Position numbers and translations under genes: made by a program | The notes under the pieces: generated by a model | Database searches by the model: none | Told to the model about the DNA's origin: nothing | What the model saw: only the letters and a program-made list of their open reading frames with translations | Shown here: positions 60,248 to 64,000 of the stretch, one piece after another | How positions within the stretch are numbered: position 1 is the first letter of the stretch | How the letters are laid out: each line of letters starts with the position of its first letter | Assembly (NCBI GenBank): GCA_049322915.1 | Contig: JBMOPW010000012.1 | Coordinates: forward strand, 1-64,000 | Reading direction: 5' to 3' | Source of the DNA: Candidatus Zhuqueibacterota bacterium | GTDB lineage: Bacteria; Zhuqueibacterota; Zhuqueibacteria; Thermofontimicrobiales; Thermofontimicrobiaceae | DNA: 64,000 bases

Positions 60248-62264
60248 AAAGAAGATACTCATCGGGATCTTTTCGGCCATCCTTCTGTCCCTGATTATCG
60301 CTTTCTTCATGGTCGTTTTTACATTGCCCCGATTGCCGGATAAAATCCACGACCTGGCGCTCAGTTCACCGACCGAGATTTATTCGGACACAGGGGAACT
60401 CATCACCGATCTATCCAACCGGCAGAATGTAAAATTGTCACAAATATCGCCCTATTTCATCCATGCCATCCTGGCGATGGAGGACGCTGAATTTTTCTCG
60501 CATCACGGCTTGAACAAAAAAGGCTTGCTGCGCGCCATTGTCGATCACATCTCCACGCTCAAACGTTCCGGCGGCGGCAGCAGCATCAGCCAGCAATTGG
60601 CTAAAAATATGTTTTTCTCCTTCGACCGAAGCTGGAGCCGAAAGATGAAAGACGCGCTGCTGGCCTGCCAGTTGGAGCGTCGCTATTCCAAGCAGGAAAT
60701 TCTGGAGGCCTATTGCAATCAAATCGATTTCAGCTCCAATTCCTACGGCATCGAACGCGCTTCCCAGACCTATTTTGCGAAGCATGCGGATGAGCTGTCG
60801 CTGGCCGAAGCGGCGTTTCTGGCCAATATCCCCCGATCACCGAATAATTACAATCCCTATCGCAATTTTGAAACGGCGCGGAAACGTCAGGAAATTGTGC
60901 TGAAGCGGATGGTCAAATTGGGCTACATCACCGCGGACCAGGAAAAAGTGGCGCTGGCCGAACCCATCGATCTGAAACGGCTCAATCTGCTCTGGGGCAA
61001 GGCCAATTACTTCATCGATTACATAAAAAATATCGTCGAGCGGAAATATTCCGGGGACGTGCTCTCTTACGGCGGTTTGAAAATTTACACCACCCTGGAT
61101 ACCCGGCTCCAGAATATCGCGCAGGACGCTGTTCGCGAGGGATTGGCCGAACTGGATACGCGTCTCGGCTACAGGGATTACGAACTCGCCAGCAATGAAG
61201 AACGGCAGCATTACATTCAATCCGCGCTGGTGGCCATTGATCCCAGGAATGGCAAAGTCAAAGCATTGGTCGGCGGACGCGATTTTTCTGTGAATCAGTT
61301 CAATCGGGCCATCAACAACAATCGGCTGCCGGGGTCATCGTTCAAGCCATTTCTGTACCTGGCCGCAATTGATCTGGGCGCCTACACGCCGGCGTCGGTC
61401 ATCGTCGATTCCGCTGTGACTTTCGAAATGGATGGACAGCGCTGGTCGCCGCAGAATTTTGACCATCGGTACTGGGGCTCCATGACGGTGAAGACGGCCC
61501 TCATTCACTCCCGAAATATCATCTCAGCAAAAATAATTGACACGATTGGCCCCAAAGCTATGGTGCAATACGCCCATAAAATGGGGATTAAAAGTCCGTT
61601 GAACGAGTATCTCTCTCTGGCGCTTGGGACATCCAGCGTTTCGCCTCTGGAAATGTGCGGCGCTTATTGTCCCTTTGCCAATGGCGGCGTACAGCGGGAT
61701 CCCACGGTGCTGAAATTTATTGAAAACTCCCAGGGCAAAGTGCTGTACGAAGAGATCAACGAGAGCAGTATGGTCGTGGACCCGCAGTCGATTTATCTTG
61801 TGCTGGATATGCTGCGCGGAGTTGTGGATGGTGGAACAGCAGAAAACGTCCGGCGCATGGGATTCACCCGACCGGCCGCGGGAAAAACCGGCACGACAAA
61901 CGACGGTCGCGACACCTGGTTCATTGGTTTCACGCCGGAACTGGTCGTGGCAGTCTGGGTCGGCTATGACGACAACCGTCCCATCAAGGACAAACGGGGG
62001 ATCGAGTTGTCCGGCGCGGCAACGGCCGTGCCCATCTGGGTTCGGTTCATGAACGTCGCCCTGGAAAATGAACGGTACCGCAGCTTTGCCATACCGGAAG
62101 GCATTGTCTTCACCTGGGTCGATCCGGTTACCGGGGAGCAGGTCGATGAGACCTATCCAAACGCCCAGGAAGTGGCGCTGAAGATCGGCACGAAACTGCC
62201 GGTGAAAAATTTGTCGCCCGATTTTGCGCCGGCGGATACCACGAAACCGATCTGGGTGCGATAG
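60228..62264 (+). CDS. Class A penicillin-binding protein (PBP1A family)
   Basis: TG motifs ED..F..H.G and G.S.I.QQLAKN; TP motifs SSFK, SRN, KTGT; GTG start with GGAG RBS. Confidence 0.94.
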   Translation: MAIRITKKKILIGIFSAILLSLIIAFFMVVFTLPRLPDKIHDLALSSPTEIYSDTGELITDLSNRQNVKLSQISPYFIHAILAMEDAEFFSHHGLNKKGLLRAIVDHISTLKRSGGGSSISQQLAKNMFFSFDRSWSRKMKDALLACQLERRYSKQEILEAYCNQIDFSSNSYGIERASQTYFAKHADELSLAEAAFLANIPRSPNNYNPYRNFETARKRQEIVLKRMVKLGYITADQEKVALAEPIDLKRLNLLWGKANYFIDYIKNIVERKYSGDVLSYGGLKIYTTLDTRLQNIAQDAVREGLAELDTRLGYRDYELASNEERQHYIQSALVAIDPRNGKVKALVGGRDFSVNQFNRAINNNRLPGSSFKPFLYLAAIDLGAYTPASVIVDSAVTFEMDGQRWSPQNFDHRYWGSMTVKTALIHSRNIISAKIIDTIGPKAMVQYAHKMGIKSPLNEYLSLALGTSSVSPLEMCGAYCPFANGGVQRDPTVLKFIENSQGKVLYEEINESSMVVDPQSIYLVLDMLRGVVDGGTAENVRRMGFTRPAAGKTGTTNDGRDTWFIGFTPELVVAVWVGYDDNRPIKDKRGIELSGAATAVPIWVRFMNVALENERYRSFAIPEGIVFTWVDPVTGEQVDETYPNAQEVALKIGTKLPVKNLSPDFAPADTTKPIWVR

Positions 62265-62379
62265 GCAGGAACACCTTGCTCGCGATTTAGGGGGATTCAT
62301 CTTCACTGCGCCCATCAGTGTATCGGGCAAAATGTTCTGTCAATTTCGAATCGACTATAAATCGGAACAAAATCCGGAC

Positions 62380-63303
62380 ATGCGTATGACGAACGATCAA
62401 TTCAAAATTGTGGGATTGGGAGAAATCCTCTGGGATGTCTATGAGCACGGCAAATTTCTCGGCGGAGCGCCGGCCAATTTTGCCGTTCATTGCCATCAAT
62501 TGGGCGACCTGGGGATCATCGTCAGCCGCATTGGAATCGACGCGTTGGGTCGCGAAATGCTCCGGGAATTGGAATCGAGGAAACTCACTACCCTGTTGAT
62601 TCAAAGGGATAACAGTAATCCCACCGGCACAGTCCAGGTCTCCCTCGACGAACAGGGTCAGCCGAAGTTTCGATGCAGCGTGAACGTCGCATTCGATCAT
62701 CTGGAAATGGATCTGTCGCTGCGCCAATTGGCCGGCATTGCTGACGCGGTGTTATTTGGCACGCTCGCGCAACGAGGGGCGCAAACCAGGGAAGCGATTC
62801 ACTCCTTCCTGGCGTTAGCGAATCGCGCCTTCAAAGTATACGACGTGAATATTCGCGGTTGGGACGACGCCACGCGTTCGATTGTGGAATCGTCGCTGGT
62901 CCGAGCCGACGCCGTCAAATTGAACCAGAATGAATTGGCCATCCTGAAGGAGGCCTGGCGCCCCACCCTCGATGACGAATCGTTCCTCCGTTTCCTGTTC
63001 AACGAATTCAATTTGAAACTGGTCGCACTCACCCTCGGCGCTGATGGCTGCATGCTGTTGAATTCAGATGAACTGGTCAGGACGCCCGGCATTGCCATCA
63101 ATCCAATCGACACCACCGGTTGCGGGGATGCATTTGCCGCAGCTATGATACATCATTATTTGCGGGGAAATTCGCTGAAAGAAATCGCCGAGGCCAGCAA
63201 TGCGCTGGGCGCGTTTGTCGCCCAATTCTCGGGCGCGACCCCGGTCTATTCGCGGGAAAAATTTGAAGAATTTTGTCGGTCGGTGAAAACTTCATCGCGG
63301 TAA
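62380..63303 (+). CDS. PfkB family carbohydrate kinase (fructokinase-like)
   Basis: GLGE.LWD, GGAPANFA, FGTLAQR, YDVNIR, DTTGCGDAF. Confidence 0.9.
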   Translation: MRMTNDQFKIVGLGEILWDVYEHGKFLGGAPANFAVHCHQLGDLGIIVSRIGIDALGREMLRELESRKLTTLLIQRDNSNPTGTVQVSLDEQGQPKFRCSVNVAFDHLEMDLSLRQLAGIADAVLFGTLAQRGAQTREAIHSFLALANRAFKVYDVNIRGWDDATRSIVESSLVRADAVKLNQNELAILKEAWRPTLDDESFLRFLFNEFNLKLVALTLGADGCMLLNSDELVRTPGIAINPIDTTGCGDAFAAAMIHHYLRGNSLKEIAEASNALGAFVAQFSGATPVYSREKFEEFCRSVKTSSR

Positions 63304-63332
63304 GAATACCTGATACAAAGGACAGACGAACC

Positions 63333-63677
63333 ATGAAAGCTGTGCATTATACGGACATTGACGCCAAATCCATTGAAGTGGACGGCGTTTCCGGAGTGAC
63401 CATGCGGATGCTCATTTCGCACGACGACGGCGCTCCAAATTTCGCCATGCGCTTATTCCATGTCGAACCGGGCGGCTACACGTTTCATCATAGCCACGAT
63501 TGGGAACATGAAATGTTTGTCATCGAAGGCCAGGGCGAAGCCATCACCCCGGACGGGACAAAACCGGTTCAGGCCGGTTACGCCATTTTTGTCCCGCCAG
63601 GTGAAGTCCATCAATTCCGAAATACCGGCGCAACGCGATTGAGCTTCCTCTGCCTCGTTCCGCTCGGCGCGCGGTAA
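63333..63677 (+). CDS. Cupin domain protein
   Basis: APNFAMRLF.VEPGG.T..HSH.WEHE..V..G.G...P....HQFRN. Confidence 0.9.
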   Translation: MKAVHYTDIDAKSIEVDGVSGVTMRMLISHDDGAPNFAMRLFHVEPGGYTFHHSHDWEHEMFVIEGQGEAITPDGTKPVQAGYAIFVPPGEVHQFRNTGATRLSFLCLVPLGAR

Positions 63678-63678
63678 T

Positions 63679-64000
63679 TCATTTGCCGAACAGCGACGCA
63701 AAGAAATCGACGATCTGGTTCAGCAGAGATCTGTCTTTTCCAGCGGGAATTCTCACGTCGTCGGTTTCATCGATGTAAATGATGCCATCGCCATCTTCAT
63801 CGACCAATTCTCCGCTTCCGCTAGCGCCGCCGGGATAATCATCCACCGGCACCGAAGTGGAACCCAGACCCCGCTTCAACCGATTCCAGTCGAACATCTC
63901 ACCTGGATCCACTTTATGCGTGGAAATTTCCTGATGTCCCCGAATCAATTCAATGGGCACATTGAACTGATTCATTTTCTGTTTCACCAGCCAGATCAGT
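63679..64000 (-). CDS. 3' part of an N-acetylmuramoyl-L-alanine amidase (Amidase_2/AmpD-like), runs off the window
   Basis: I.GHQEI...K.DPG..FDW motif; reading frame open to the window edge. Confidence 0.7.
   Translation of the reverse strand, partial: LIWLVKQKMNQFNVPIELIRGHQEISTHKVDPGEMFDWNRLKRGLGSTSVPVDDYPGGASGSGELVDEDGDGIIYIDETDDVRIPAGKDRSLLNQIVDFFASLFGK

Overview
Bacterial chromosomal window, probably from an FCB-group-related lineage such as KSB1, Calditrichota or Ignavibacteria. That placement is inferred from the NYPNPFNP-type C-terminal sorting domains, a PorV/PorQ-family gene and the TonB receptor type. Bases 0.3-17.5 kb hold a co-oriented minus-strand locus: RpiR regulator, TonB-dependent receptor, a large secreted protein, a PorV-family barrel, a BNR/lamin-tail secreted protein, two GHSAGG hydrolases, a DASS transporter and an M20 peptidase. 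It has a promoter and several GAAA-N6-TTTC operator-like boxes, and looks like an uncharacterised SusD-free uptake/degradation system. The rest is mostly housekeeping: comM, dmpA-like peptidase, nfeD-slipin, AlaX, ggt, sugar kinases, ald-like gene, CoA-transferase, pgk, fdhE-like gene, PBP1A and others. Accessory features include a stand-alone 6S RNA, an exported glutamate-racemase-like protein, a sigma54-type two-gene envelope operon, three nested MITE-like elements with target-site duplications, a family of GCC...GGC periodic-end repeats and a DUF4160/DUF2442 pair. There are also two integrase-less integron-cassette remnants; the larger carries an AT-rich OLD-like ATPase-TOPRIM gene and a yjhP-like methyltransferase. 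No rRNA, tRNA, CRISPR array or transposase was recognised. All calls come from reading motifs; no database searches were run.
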